From NCBI GenBank assembly GCA_964522635.1, contig CAZFWT010000005.1:6885-44887 (forward strand): a DNA stretch of 38,003 bases, read 5' to 3'. Positions 17,642-27,874 of the stretch are shown here, piece after piece (position 1 is the first letter of the stretch; each line of letters opens with the position of its first letter). The notes under the pieces are model-generated. The model was given only the letters and a program-made list of their open reading frames with translations. It was not told where the DNA came from and ran no database searches. The DNA comes from an uncultured Halobacteria archaeon. Its GTDB lineage: Archaea > Halobacteriota > Syntropharchaeia > Alkanophagales > Methanospirareceae. The position numbers were made by a program, and so were the translations under genes.

Positions 17642-18979
17642 TCACAAAACCGACAGATACTCTTTCAACTCCCACTCTGTCACGTTCACACGGTAGCGAT
17701 CCCACTCGACCAGCTTGGACATGAGGAAATTCCTGAAGATATGCTCACCTAAGGCCTCTTTGACGAGCTTGCTTCGCTTCGTCAGGTTAATCGCCTCGAT
17801 CAAGCTCCCGGGCAGCGTCTTGATCTTCTCCCGCTTCCGTTCGTCCTCGCTCATCAGATACACGTCCTTCTCCGTGGGTGACGGCAGCTCGTACGTGCCT
17901 CGCATGCCAGCCAGACCGGCAGCGAGCATGACCGTAAATGCCAGATACGGATTGCAGGCAGGGTCAGGACTGCGGAACTCGATTCGTGTCGCTTCCTCCT
18001 TGCCCGGCTTGTACATCGGTATCCGGACGAGCGTCGAGCGGTTCCGGCGCGCCCACGTGATATACGCAGGAGCCTCGTAGCCCGGCACCAACCGCTTGTA
18101 AGAATTGATCCACTGGTTGGTAATGGCAGTGATCTCCGGCGCGTGCTTCAACAACCCGGCCGTGTAGGATTTCGCGACGTCCGAGAGATTGTGCTCATCC
18201 GCGGGATCGAAGAAGGCATTCCGCTCGCCCTTAAACAATGATTGGTGAACGTGCATGCCTGAGCCGTTTACCCCGAAGATCGGTTTGGGCATGAAGGTGG
18301 CATAGCAGCCGTGCTGCCGCGCGATCTCCTTGATTACGATCCGCTGCGTCATCACGCGATCCGCCATCGTGAGCGCATCGGCGTACCGCAAATCGATCTC
18401 ATGCTGCGATGGCGCGACCTCGTGGTGGCTCGCTTCCACCTTGATCCCCATCGCCTCGAGCATCATGATCGTCTCACGGCGGAGGTCGCTGCCCGCGTCG
18501 AGCGTGGTCAGGTCGAAGTAACCGCCCTCGTCCAGCACCCCCAGCGACTTGTCATCATGTAAATAGAAATACTCCAGCTCGGGGCCGACGTAGAACGTAT
18601 AGCCGTACTCCTCCCGTACCCGGTCGAGGCTCTGCTTCAACGCATGGCGTGGATCGCCTTCATACGGGCCACCATCTGGCTTCAGGATGTCGCAGAACAT
18701 CCGCGCGACCACGTCGCCCTGGGTCTTCCAGGGGATAAGCTGGAATGTGCTCGGATCAGGCTTTGCGAGCATGTCGCTCTCATCGATCCGTGCGAACCCT
18801 TTGATCGAGGAGCCATCAAAGCCCATGCCCTCCTCAAAAGCCATTTCCAATTCGCCTACGGAGATAGAAACGCTCTTCAAATGCCCTAAAATGTCCGTGA
18901 ACCACAGCCCAATGAACTGCACGCCGCGCTTCTCGACCACGTCAAATACAGTGTCCTTATCGGCTCTCTTTTTCGCCAT
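17642..18979 (-). CDS. glnA: Glutamine synthetase type I
   Basis: FDGSSI.GF, HHEVAPSQHEI, FMPKP..G.NGSGMH, NSYKRLVPGYEAP and RIEFRSPD. Confidence 0.97.
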   Translation of the reverse strand: MAKKRADKDTVFDVVEKRGVQFIGLWFTDILGHLKSVSISVGELEMAFEEGMGFDGSSIKGFARIDESDMLAKPDPSTFQLIPWKTQGDVVARMFCDILKPDGGPYEGDPRHALKQSLDRVREEYGYTFYVGPELEYFYLHDDKSLGVLDEGGYFDLTTLDAGSDLRRETIMMLEAMGIKVEASHHEVAPSQHEIDLRYADALTMADRVMTQRIVIKEIARQHGCYATFMPKPIFGVNGSGMHVHQSLFKGERNAFFDPADEHNLSDVAKSYTAGLLKHAPEITAITNQWINSYKRLVPGYEAPAYITWARRNRSTLVRIPMYKPGKEEATRIEFRSPDPACNPYLAFTVMLAAGLAGMRGTYELPSPTEKDVYLMSEDERKREKIKTLPGSLIEAINLTKRSKLVKEALGEHIFRNFLMSKLVEWDRYRVNVTEWELKEYLSVL

Positions 18980-19168
18980 CGTTCGTTAGCTACGGTCATC
19001 TATTGGCGCACGTTGTATTTAAAGGTAGCATTCGGAGCCGTTGGACCGTTGAATATGCGGGGATTGCGAGCGGACGTTTCACTCCGCATCTGAGCTTATC
19101 GTTCTGCTTGATCCTTATGGAATAATGTTCCTCTAGTTGGGGTCGGATGGGGAATAATGCAATGATCC

Positions 19169-22063
19169 TTACTCCCAGAACCGTCTCGTTCGTGCGTACT
19201 TCCGCTCCTCTTCCAGGATATGGCGGTAAAATGTGTACTCCTCCTCCGTTTCGGTCGCCTGTAGCGCGGGATTAAACCGTCGTATGATCCGGGAGGCAAT
19301 TTCAGGCCCCACACCGCGTGCAGCAAGTGCAACGACCGCACGAACGCCGTGCGAGAGCACTAAATTCGCGTTCCGGTAGACCCGTTTTACCCGCTCATGC
19401 TCCTTCCGTGCACCGGTAGTATGTGCAGCCGCCTGCTTCACCAGTCGGATCTCATCCTCCTCCCACGGCTTCAGGGCTGCGATCAAGCGTGAGTTACAGA
19501 CCGGACAGACGAGCCCCGCTTGTCCCTGTTCAATCACGGTCTTCACGTGCCTCCGGGCTTCCCAGCGCTTGCAGTTCACGCAGAATAAGAGCACGCGATC
19601 GTTCATGATGCGGTTCCGCAGCGCTTCGATGATAAGCTGCTCGTCACGCTCGATGGCCAGCATATCGCGCCAGCTCGTATATCCTGCGGCGCCGACGGGA
19701 CTCACACCGTGCGATGAGAACTGAACGCTGATCTCTCCCGATTTGATCTTCTTCACCACCTCGACCGTCCGTTCGACGTCCAGCTTATCCGCGAAGATTT
19801 CACGCACCGTCTCGTTATAGATCGGCGTCTCGGCAAATAGGGCGATCAGCTTATCGGCTGAAATCCGCTTACGATCGTAATTCTTACGCAACGCGCCGAA
19901 CCGTTTCGCTACGTTCATGAGCTCCCATCTGAACAGGAAGGAGTTCCGCAGGGTTTTCTCGAGGAGTGCTTGCACGTACTGTGGCTCGATTGCAGCCAGG
20001 GTCTGCTGCACCGCATCGCGGGATAACGCGCGCCCTGATTTCAATTTTATTCGATACGGATCGATCTCCATGGCGATATCCATGCCGAGCCGTGCCCCGA
20101 GCAAGGTGATGAGCAGCCGGCCAAAGGTCTCATTCACCTGATGCCCCCAGCACGTATTGAAGATCACCTCCTGGTGATCGTTCGCGATCTCGACGACCAG
20201 CGTTTGCGCTGTCGGCACCGGATAGTCCTGCTCCAGCTGTTTGCTGAGCACTGCGATCAGCGTCTCGAAGCAGCCGGCGGGCACTCCATACTCCTGTTCC
20301 AGCGCCCGGTTTACGTCTGCGATGCTTCCGCCCGCGGCAAGAGCAGCAGCAATGCGGGCACGCAGATGACCGACGTCCTGCGCGATCACGAAAGGCACAG
20401 GTATCTCCTCGCCCTCCCAGTTCGGGATCTCACCCTCGCGTTTCACCCCCGGCTCGACCTTGAGCTTCGCGCCGCCTTCCTCTTCGTTGAGCTCGGTATC
20501 CACGATCCGCCACGTATCGCCCTTCGCCACGAATAACGCGCCGGGGTCCGCGAAGTTGAGCGCGAACCGTTCGTCAAGCATACAAATGAGTTTCCCGCTC
20601 ACGATGTCGTAAACTTCGACCTTGCGTTCATCCGGGATCATAGAAAGATTCTCATAGTAATAGGTGCGCGTGCCTTTGCTGCGCCACAGCTTCTCGCCCT
20701 CGTGTTTCACCAGGCCTTCAGCCTCCAATTGTGCGATCACGTGAAGCAGCGCATCACTCGAGAGATTCCTGAACGGATATGCACGTGTGAGCACGGCACG
20801 AAGCTTTTCCAGGGTGATCACGCCGGTATCGAGGAGCATTCCGCAGATCTGGTTCGCCAGAACGTCCAGCGAGCCCTCTTTCAGCTTGATATCCTCTATC
20901 TTGCCGCCCTTCGCGCGCTCAGTAATCACCACCGCTTCCGCGATATCGTCTGGAGTCAGCGCGATGATCGTGCCGTTGGAGGTCGTCTGGAACGAGTGCG
21001 AGGCACGTCCCACACGCTGCACGAGACGTGTCACCTCACGTGGCGACGCGTACTGGACAACCATATCGATCGTGCCGATATCAATACCGAGCTCCATCGA
21101 ACTGGTGCAAATGAGCCCTTTGATCGCGCCGCTTTTCAGACGCTCTTCTGCTTCGATCCGCATCTCCTTGGAGAGTGAGCCGTGATGCACACCAATCAAG
21201 CCGGGCTCAAACCGGTTCATGATCGACCCGAGCATCTCCGCGGCCCGTCGCGTGTTCACAAAGATCAACGTCGATTCGTTCCCCTCGGCGTTCACAATCT
21301 CCCGTAGTGCCCGAACATGTGCCAGTACGTCCGGCTCGACGCCTGCGCTGTGGGCCGCTCGTATATCCTGATGTGCCCGTTGCGGGCTCAGCACCTCGAT
21401 CTCAAGCGCTTTCGTGGAAACGGTATTAATCACTCGCATCGGGCGCTGACCTGCGAAATACTTCGCTACCTCCTCGGGATTGCCCACCGTTGCGGAGAGG
21501 CAGATGCGCTGGAAATCGCCCGCAAGTTCTGCGATGCGTTCGAGCGCGATCGTCAGTTGCGCGCCACGTTTCGAGTTCGCCAGCTCGTGCACTTCGTCGA
21601 TGATCACGTGCCTGACGGATTTCAAGTGCTCCCGTAGCCGCGCGCCCGGGATCATCGCCTGGATCGTTTCCGGTGTGGTGATCAGGACATCCGGTGGCTC
21701 CAGAGCCTGCCTTCTCCGTGCGTACATGCTGGTGTCGCCGTGCCGCACTTCGATACGGAGATCGAGCTGCTCACCCCAACGCTCCAGCCGCAAGAGCATG
21801 TCGCGGTTCAACGCGCGTAACGGCGTGACGTAGAGTGCTAAAAAGCCCTTCTTCGCAGGCTCCTGCTTTTTATACGCGATGAGCCGGTGCAGAACGGGCA
21901 AAACCGCTGCTTCCGTCTTCCCCGAGCCGGTCGGCGCTATCAGTAACACGTCCTCGCCCGCTAAAATGCGCGGGATACTCAACGCTTGGGGTTCCGTGGG
22001 TGCGGCGAAGGTCTTACCTAATACCGCTTGAATCTCTGCAGTGAGCAGCGAAAAGGCATTCAT
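19169..22063 (-). CDS. lhr: Lhr-family ATP-dependent SF2 helicase with C-terminal Cys motif
   Basis: APTGSGKT, DEVH, SAT, HHGSLS and QRVGRASH; CVNC...CPVC near the C-terminus. Confidence 0.93.
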   Translation of the reverse strand: MNAFSLLTAEIQAVLGKTFAAPTEPQALSIPRILAGEDVLLIAPTGSGKTEAAVLPVLHRLIAYKKQEPAKKGFLALYVTPLRALNRDMLLRLERWGEQLDLRIEVRHGDTSMYARRRQALEPPDVLITTPETIQAMIPGARLREHLKSVRHVIIDEVHELANSKRGAQLTIALERIAELAGDFQRICLSATVGNPEEVAKYFAGQRPMRVINTVSTKALEIEVLSPQRAHQDIRAAHSAGVEPDVLAHVRALREIVNAEGNESTLIFVNTRRAAEMLGSIMNRFEPGLIGVHHGSLSKEMRIEAEERLKSGAIKGLICTSSMELGIDIGTIDMVVQYASPREVTRLVQRVGRASHSFQTTSNGTIIALTPDDIAEAVVITERAKGGKIEDIKLKEGSLDVLANQICGMLLDTGVITLEKLRAVLTRAYPFRNLSSDALLHVIAQLEAEGLVKHEGEKLWRSKGTRTYYYENLSMIPDERKVEVYDIVSGKLICMLDERFALNFADPGALFVAKGDTWRIVDTELNEEEGGAKLKVEPGVKREGEIPNWEGEEIPVPFVIAQDVGHLRARIAAALAAGGSIADVNRALEQEYGVPAGCFETLIAVLSKQLEQDYPVPTAQTLVVEIANDHQEVIFNTCWGHQVNETFGRLLITLLGARLGMDIAMEIDPYRIKLKSGRALSRDAVQQTLAAIEPQYVQALLEKTLRNSFLFRWELMNVAKRFGALRKNYDRKRISADKLIALFAETPIYNETVREIFADKLDVERTVEVVKKIKSGEISVQFSSHGVSPVGAAGYTSWRDMLAIERDEQLIIEALRNRIMNDRVLLFCVNCKRWEARRHVKTVIEQGQAGLVCPVCNSRLIAALKPWEEDEIRLVKQAAAHTTGARKEHERVKRVYRNANLVLSHGVRAVVALAARGVGPEIASRIIRRFNPALQATETEEEYTFYRHILEEERKYARTRRFWE

Positions 22064-22242
22064 GTAGCTCGGAGTATCAGAACGAGTTACCTTACTTTCC
22101 CTTTACCTTTGGGGCAGAAAAAGATTGAACAGCAGTGAGCTGGAACTCGCTTCATTTCCCTGACGCCTGCCTGGAAGTCAGTATCCAGGAAGGTTACCCG
22201 GCGTCCATATGCCAGGTGCGGGAGATCTTAAGGGCAACCTCG

Positions 22243-22842
22243 CTAGACTTTCACAATCTCACCAGTCCGTAGAACGCCAAACGACCGAAATCCCCAGAAA
22301 ATTATGCAAACCCCCGACAGGATCAAGAGCAATGTTTTCCATAACTCTACGATAGACCAACTCCAAAATGTGAGCACTATCAGGACGAGTGAAAAGCCGA
22401 TAATTTCGGCGATACTGCCGGCCAACGGCTCATGTTTACTCAAATAGAAACCGTCTTTGAAGAACAGAACAATACCTATAACCGCCATTATTACCGTCTC
22501 GGTCTTTTCTAAATCTGAGTTACTCATATCCCCGAACAAAAATCTGAAAAATAGCAGTGTTAATAACAGCACGGTACCGAAGCATATGGCGAAAAGGCCA
22601 GCTATATAATAATATCACCCAAAATTAGACAGCGCATCCAGAAATAACACTGTCCAGAATAAGATAAGGAACAACAATATTGAAATTGTTGCGATAGCCA
22701 TAGCATCATTGGGCTCATAATAAGCCCGTCTACCTAACGTGGGAAAACCCCATAGTAACATCATAACCAGTATAATGCTTCCGATGTCATTGCAATGGAA
22801 TCCTTCAGGACTTCGTGGGGTTCCATTGTACTGTAGGAGCAA
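22243..22842 (-). pseudogene. AT-rich multi-TM membrane protein gene split by one in-frame TGA
   Basis: ORFs 22615..22842 and 22243..22572 share a frame and read ...SNFG*YYYIAGLFAICFGTVLLL... Confidence 0.65.
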
Positions 22843-22886
22843 CCGGGCAATGTTGCTCCACTGGAGATCGTGCCCCTGCCGTAATC

Positions 22887-23717
22887 CTATTCAGTTTTGC
22901 TCGTGAATCCGCGATACGATGGTGCAGTCACCAGATACCATTTCTTCTTACCGCGATCGAATTTCGCGCCTATGCTCTTCATGAACAGCGCCGCGCGATG
23001 GGGATCGATACCGAGTTCTTCAGCAAGCGTCAGCGTGGATGCGCCGTCGCGCTCGGTGATAACGCGGTTCGCGCGCGATTCCAGCTCCTCGCGCGGGGAG
23101 ATGAACACGTCCAGTTCGAAATTCCAGGCCACATCCGCGACCAGCTTGAGGATGATGATGAAGACCGGGACGAGTATGAAGTACGAGATCCAGTGCGCGG
23201 TTACCAGCATGTTCCAGGCAAAGTGCATTGATACCGCGCCGAGGTAACCGATGATGATCATGCGTCGTTGCGCCTTGATCTTTGCCACACCGACCATCAG
23301 CCCAAAGAGCCCGGTGAAGAGAATATGCCCCACGGCGATGGACCGCACCGCGGCCAGCTCGATCCCAAATTCCCCGGAGAAGCTGTAGAGCAAGTTCTCC
23401 ACGATTTCAAAGCCGATAGCGACGGCAGCGCCGTAGACCAGGCCGTCCATTGGCCCTTCCAACTCCGGGGCCTTGCGCAGCCAGTAGATGTACACCCCTT
23501 TACAGGCCTCCTCAACGAGCGGCGCACTGAGTATTCCAGCCCAGAAGAAGACGTACTTCTCGAGTGCGTAGGAGAAGATAACGGCAGGAATAGCGCCCCA
23601 CGCCACGGCCTTTAAGATCTTGCCCAGCGGTTCGGGCTCAAAGACGTCCTTCTGATAGATATAAAGAAACCAGAGCACACTGACAATAACGCTGATGTAC
23701 ACAATTTCGAGCATCAC
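22887..23717 (-). CDS. PrsW family intramembrane metalloprotease with a C-terminal soluble tail
   Basis: APLVEEACK, GFEIVEN, GH..F and HFAWN motifs. Confidence 0.9.
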   Translation of the reverse strand: MMLEIVYISVIVSVLWFLYIYQKDVFEPEPLGKILKAVAWGAIPAVIFSYALEKYVFFWAGILSAPLVEEACKGVYIYWLRKAPELEGPMDGLVYGAAVAIGFEIVENLLYSFSGEFGIELAAVRSIAVGHILFTGLFGLMVGVAKIKAQRRMIIIGYLGAVSMHFAWNMLVTAHWISYFILVPVFIIILKLVADVAWNFELDVFISPREELESRANRVITERDGASTLTLAEELGIDPHRAALFMKSIGAKFDRGKKKWYLVTAPSYRGFTSKTE

Positions 23718-23871
23718 CTATACTTGGGGTACGCGGGGTATAAATGTTCCGCTGGTTTCGCCGCTGGTCTCTGCGCTCGGTTTGCCGTTGGGTGTGGTTG
23801 CTCGATTGTCAGAGTGCGACCAAGCTTTTAAACGGGCGGCGTCAACTATATCCACGGGTGCGGACAGCAAC

Positions 23872-24138
23872 ATGATCAAAGTGGACGTGACGATACGGCT
23901 GAAGCATGGCGTGGCAGACCCTGAGGGCGCGAACACCAAAAAGGCATTGCAGTTGCTTGGGTTTACCAATGTTCAGGCCGTGGAATCGATGAAGACGTTT
24001 CGAATCGCCCTGGAGCCGGGAACCGGGCGCGGTGACGAGGCCACGGTGAAGCGGGAAGTGGAGGAGATGTGCAGGAAGCTGCTGGCCAATCCGGTGATTC
24101 ACGATTACACGATCGAGGTTGTGCAGAGCGACGGTTAG
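23872..24138 (+). CDS. purS: Phosphoribosylformylglycinamidine synthase subunit PurS
   Basis: DPEG...L..LGF and MCRKLLANPVI..Y; start moved to ATG 23872. Confidence 0.95.
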   Translation: MIKVDVTIRLKHGVADPEGANTKKALQLLGFTNVQAVESMKTFRIALEPGTGRGDEATVKREVEEMCRKLLANPVIHDYTIEVVQSDG

Positions 24139-24215
24139 CCGAGCGGAGCGCGAACGCTCAAGCTTTAATACGATCGACGTAAAGGTAAGTGTGGTGAGAA
24201 GAGAGGTTCAGTGCG

Positions 24216-25550
24216 ATGGCAGAGCTCGACCCGTGGGGTGTTACGGATATAAAGGATTATTCGCGGCTCTTTGACGAGTTTGGTATCTCGCGATTCACGG
24301 AGATTCTTGGTCAGCTCGAGCAGCCGCATCTGTACATGCGCAGAGGCATTATCGTGGGGCATCGCGGGTACGAGGACGTGGCGCGTGCGATGAACGAGCG
24401 GCGCCCGTTCGCGGTGATGAGCGGGTTCATGCCCTCGGGGAAGGTCCATCTCGGTGGAAAGATGGTGATGGACGAGATCATCTGGCACCAGCGCATGGGC
24501 GGCGATGCGTTCTCCTGCGTTGCGGATATGGAGGCGCACTCGGTACGGGGCGTCTCGTGGAAGCAGTGCAGAGAGATCGGGCTCAACGAGTACCTCGTGA
24601 GCCTCGTCGCGCTGGGCTTTGAGATCGAAACGGGGCATTTGTATTTCCAATCGGAGAACAAGCCGCTGCGTGATCTCGCGTTCGAGCTGGGTACTGCGGT
24701 GAACTTCAGCGAGATCAGTGCGATCTACGGGTTCCAGGGCGGCGTGAACATCGCGCACATGATCAGCGTCCTGGTGCAGAATGCGGATATTCTACAGCCG
24801 CAGCTCCGCGAGTATAGTGGCCCAAAACCGACTGTCATTCCCGTTGGTGTGGATCAGGATCCGCATATCCGGTTAACGCGGGATATTGCAGCTAGGATGC
24901 GGATGTTCCGGGTGGAGACGCGGTTTGACACCGAGCAGCGGCCGTATATCAGTATCCGTGCGAAGAATGCGGAGGTTGGTGCGCTGGAGGAGCTCGCAGC
25001 GCGCACAGAGGGTGAGAAGAAGCTCTATGAGCTCCATCTTGACCTCTTTGGCATCGAGGAAGCCCATATCGATAGCCGATTGCGAGCGCTTGAGACTGTT
25101 GTACGTGACGTTGAGCTCGATTACGGTGGCTATGGGTTCTGCCTGCCTGCGGCCACTTATCACCGGTTCGTGCAGGGCTTAACGGGCGGGAAGATGTCAT
25201 CGAGCGTTCCGGAGAGCTACATTGCGCTCACCGAGCCGCCGGAGGAGGCCGCGCAGAAGGTGAAACGTGCGAAGACCGGCGGACGGGTGACGGTGGAAGA
25301 GCAGAAACAGCACGGCGGCGTACCGGAAGATTGCACGATTTATGCGCTTTTGATGGTGCACCTTATCGAGGACGATGCGCAGGCAAAAGAGATTTTTGAA
25401 GAGTGCAAGAGCGGCAGAAGGCTGTGCAAACAGTGCAAAGCAGAGGCTGCGGAGCTCATGCAGTCTTTTCTGACGCAGCATCAGCGTGATCGCGCAGAGG
25501 CGCGCGAAGCACTGATGAAGCATGAAGTGTACAAGCGGTGGTTCACGTAA
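24216..25550 (+). CDS. trpS: Tryptophanyl-tRNA synthetase (archaeal type, with insertion)
   Basis: MPSGKVHLG, ADILQPQ, PVGVDQDPH and KMSSS. Confidence 0.95.
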   Translation: MAELDPWGVTDIKDYSRLFDEFGISRFTEILGQLEQPHLYMRRGIIVGHRGYEDVARAMNERRPFAVMSGFMPSGKVHLGGKMVMDEIIWHQRMGGDAFSCVADMEAHSVRGVSWKQCREIGLNEYLVSLVALGFEIETGHLYFQSENKPLRDLAFELGTAVNFSEISAIYGFQGGVNIAHMISVLVQNADILQPQLREYSGPKPTVIPVGVDQDPHIRLTRDIAARMRMFRVETRFDTEQRPYISIRAKNAEVGALEELAARTEGEKKLYELHLDLFGIEEAHIDSRLRALETVVRDVELDYGGYGFCLPAATYHRFVQGLTGGKMSSSVPESYIALTEPPEEAAQKVKRAKTGGRVTVEEQKQHGGVPEDCTIYALLMVHLIEDDAQAKEIFEECKSGRRLCKQCKAEAAELMQSFLTQHQRDRAEAREALMKHEVYKRWFT

Positions 25551-25572
25551 CCGTTCTCGGTCACGAGAGCGG
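25551..25572. terminator. Hairpin between convergent trpS and corrinoid genes
   Basis: CCGTTCTCG-gtca-CGAGAGCGG immediately after the trpS stop. Confidence 0.4.
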
Positions 25573-25587
25573 AACGAGTGAGGAATT

Positions 25588-26235
25588 CTAAACGGGCCGT
25601 GCTAGCAGCTCCTTTACCTTCTTTACCCCATCGATTGCGTCTTTACAGTAGTAATCCGCACCTATCTTACGGGCAAAATCTGCGGTGACTGCCCCACCGC
25701 CGACTATAATCGGCACCGTGAGGCCCTGGCTTCGGAGATGCGAGACGACCTCGGCCATGTACCCCCGTGTCGTCGTGAGCAATGCAGAGAGTGCGAGTAT
25801 ATCGGCTTTAATCTCTGAAACAGCACGCGCGAAGCTCTCTTTATCAACATCAATTCCCAGATCCACGATCGTGAAGCCCGCGGATGAGAGCATAATCGCC
25901 ACCACCTCCTTCCCGATATCGTGCACGTCGCCCTTGACCGTGCCGATAACGACCGTACCTAACGTCCCTGTGGCTTTTGATGCGCCTTCCTGCTCCAGGA
26001 ACGGCTTGAGTATCTCCAGCGCCTTTTTCGCATTCCAGCCGGAGACCATCAGCTCCGCATCGAAGTACCGCTCCTTGTAGCCTGCCCCGATTGTCTGAAG
26101 TCCTGAGGTCAGCTCTTCAACGAGCTCATATGCGCTCGTGCCCTGGCTCATTCGCTCCTCGATGAATGCCTTTATACGCAGCTTCCTCGTGTCAAGGAGC
26201 GCGTCGATGATCTGCTCGGCCCCGCTCGCATCCAT
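25588..26235 (-). CDS. Methyltransferase-cognate corrinoid (B12-binding) protein
   Basis: GTVKGDVHDIGK (DxHxxG), LSALLTTT and VGGG; N-terminal cap domain. Confidence 0.92.
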   Translation of the reverse strand: MDASGAEQIIDALLDTRKLRIKAFIEERMSQGTSAYELVEELTSGLQTIGAGYKERYFDAELMVSGWNAKKALEILKPFLEQEGASKATGTLGTVVIGTVKGDVHDIGKEVVAIMLSSAGFTIVDLGIDVDKESFARAVSEIKADILALSALLTTTRGYMAEVVSHLRSQGLTVPIIVGGGAVTADFARKIGADYYCKDAIDGVKKVKELLARPV

Positions 26236-26299
26236 AGGATACCCAAGTACGCACAAAGCTTAAAAGATTTCAATCCGCATTCTAATTAATTGTAAATGT

Positions 26300-27874
26300 A
26301 TGAAGATCGTCTTTACGGATTCAGGAATTGAAGCGGACCTCGTTGCGGGCAAGACGATCCTCTCGTACGCGCAAGAGCTGGGGATCGAGCTAAACGCCCC
26401 GTGCGGCGGTGAGGGGACCTGCGGTCAGTGCCTCGTTGAGGTTGAGAGCACACCGGGCGCGCTCTCGCGGAAGACCAAGGCGGAGCGGCAATTCATCCGC
26501 AACGATGGCCATCGACTCGCCTGCCAGGCGCGTATTCGAAGCACAGAGGTGCCTATTTACGTCCGCATTCCGCGGATCGCGTATTGCATCCTGGAGACGG
26601 GCGAGTTCTGGCCTATTCCAGTCGAGCCGTTTGTGCACCGTGAAGGCGATCGGGTCTTTTACGAATCCACCGATATTAACAGTTATACAGGCGAGCTACA
26701 CGGCATTACACTCGACATCGGAACCACCACGCTCGTGATGTATCTCGTCGATCTGGAAACGGGCGCGGTGCTCTCCGTCATCTCCCGTGAGAATCCCCAG
26801 AAGAAGTACGGGAACAACGTGATCTCCCGCATCGAGTTCGCACGAACGGGTCAGCGACTCCTGGAACGTGAAATCAGAATCGCCGTGAACGAGATGATCG
26901 CCCAGCTGACTGAGCGACGGAACGTCTATGAGCTGGTCGTGGTTGGGAACCCGGTCATGCGCGATCTCTTCTTCGGCTCGTCCGTGCAATCACTCGGGAT
27001 AAGCCCCTACGAGCCCCTGAGCACTGAACCGGTCCGTAAAACGGCGAGCGAGCTCGGGCTCGCCACGAATCCAAACGCACGCGTTTACGGCCTCCCGCTC
27101 GTGGGCAGCTTCGTGGGCGCCGACGCCCTGGCGGTCATTCTTTCCACGGGAATGTACAAACATAAGGGCATCAGCATGGCCATTGACATCGGGACCAACA
27201 CTGAGATCGTTCTCGGTAATCAGAACCGTCTGATCGCCACGTCCTGCGCAGCGGGTCCGGCGTTCGAGGGGTGCAGTGTTCAGTTTGGCCTTGGGAGTGT
27301 CAGTGGCGCGATAAACGAAGTGTGGCTCGTCAACGGCAAGGTTTCCTACAGGACCATCCACCAGGCCAAGCCGATCGGCATCTGTGGCTCAGGATTGATC
27401 GATGCGCTGGCAGTGCTCCTGGAGAACAGCATGATCAACGGACGCGGGAAGTTCCGGGGCGATACCCGAGCATTTCAAATAACCGATACTATCCGTCTGG
27501 TTGAGGCGGACATTGACAAGCTCAATCTGGCGAAGTCCGCCGTTTCAGTCGGTATCAAGATCCTGCTGGAACGCTACGGGATCGAGCTCACTGATCTCGA
27601 TCGCATTTACCTCGCCGGTGCGTTCGGCTATTACATCAATCTCGAGAACGCGATGCGTATCGGGCTCCTGCCGCCAATCGCGCTGGAGAAGGTGAAGAAA
27701 GTAGGTAACGCGGCGATCGAGGGCGCACGGCATGCATTGATCTCACGGACGAAACGTGAAGAGGCGGAGGCGCTGGCAAAGCGGATCGAGCATATCAAGC
27801 TCGAGCAGGTGGAGAACTTCCAAGAGAAGTTCATTGGTGAGCTCTATTTCCAGAACTACCTTTTCTCTTCTTAA
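26300..27874 (+). CDS. ASKHA-domain reductive activator of corrinoid proteins (RACo/RamA-like) with N-terminal [2Fe-2S] domain
   Basis: CGGEGTCGQC...RLAC, DIGTT, DIGTNTE, SCAAGPAFEG, GICGSG and LAGAFG. Confidence 0.92.
   Translation: MKIVFTDSGIEADLVAGKTILSYAQELGIELNAPCGGEGTCGQCLVEVESTPGALSRKTKAERQFIRNDGHRLACQARIRSTEVPIYVRIPRIAYCILETGEFWPIPVEPFVHREGDRVFYESTDINSYTGELHGITLDIGTTTLVMYLVDLETGAVLSVISRENPQKKYGNNVISRIEFARTGQRLLEREIRIAVNEMIAQLTERRNVYELVVVGNPVMRDLFFGSSVQSLGISPYEPLSTEPVRKTASELGLATNPNARVYGLPLVGSFVGADALAVILSTGMYKHKGISMAIDIGTNTEIVLGNQNRLIATSCAAGPAFEGCSVQFGLGSVSGAINEVWLVNGKVSYRTIHQAKPIGICGSGLIDALAVLLENSMINGRGKFRGDTRAFQITDTIRLVEADIDKLNLAKSAVSVGIKILLERYGIELTDLDRIYLAGAFGYYINLENAMRIGLLPPIALEKVKKVGNAAIEGARHALISRTKREEAEALAKRIEHIKLEQVENFQEKFIGELYFQNYLFSS

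Noticed and set aside
19119..19131. GGAA-TAATG-TTCC upstream of glnA as an NrpR operator
   Set aside because: Spacer is 5 nt instead of the canonical 6 and the site is about 100 nt upstream of the TATA box
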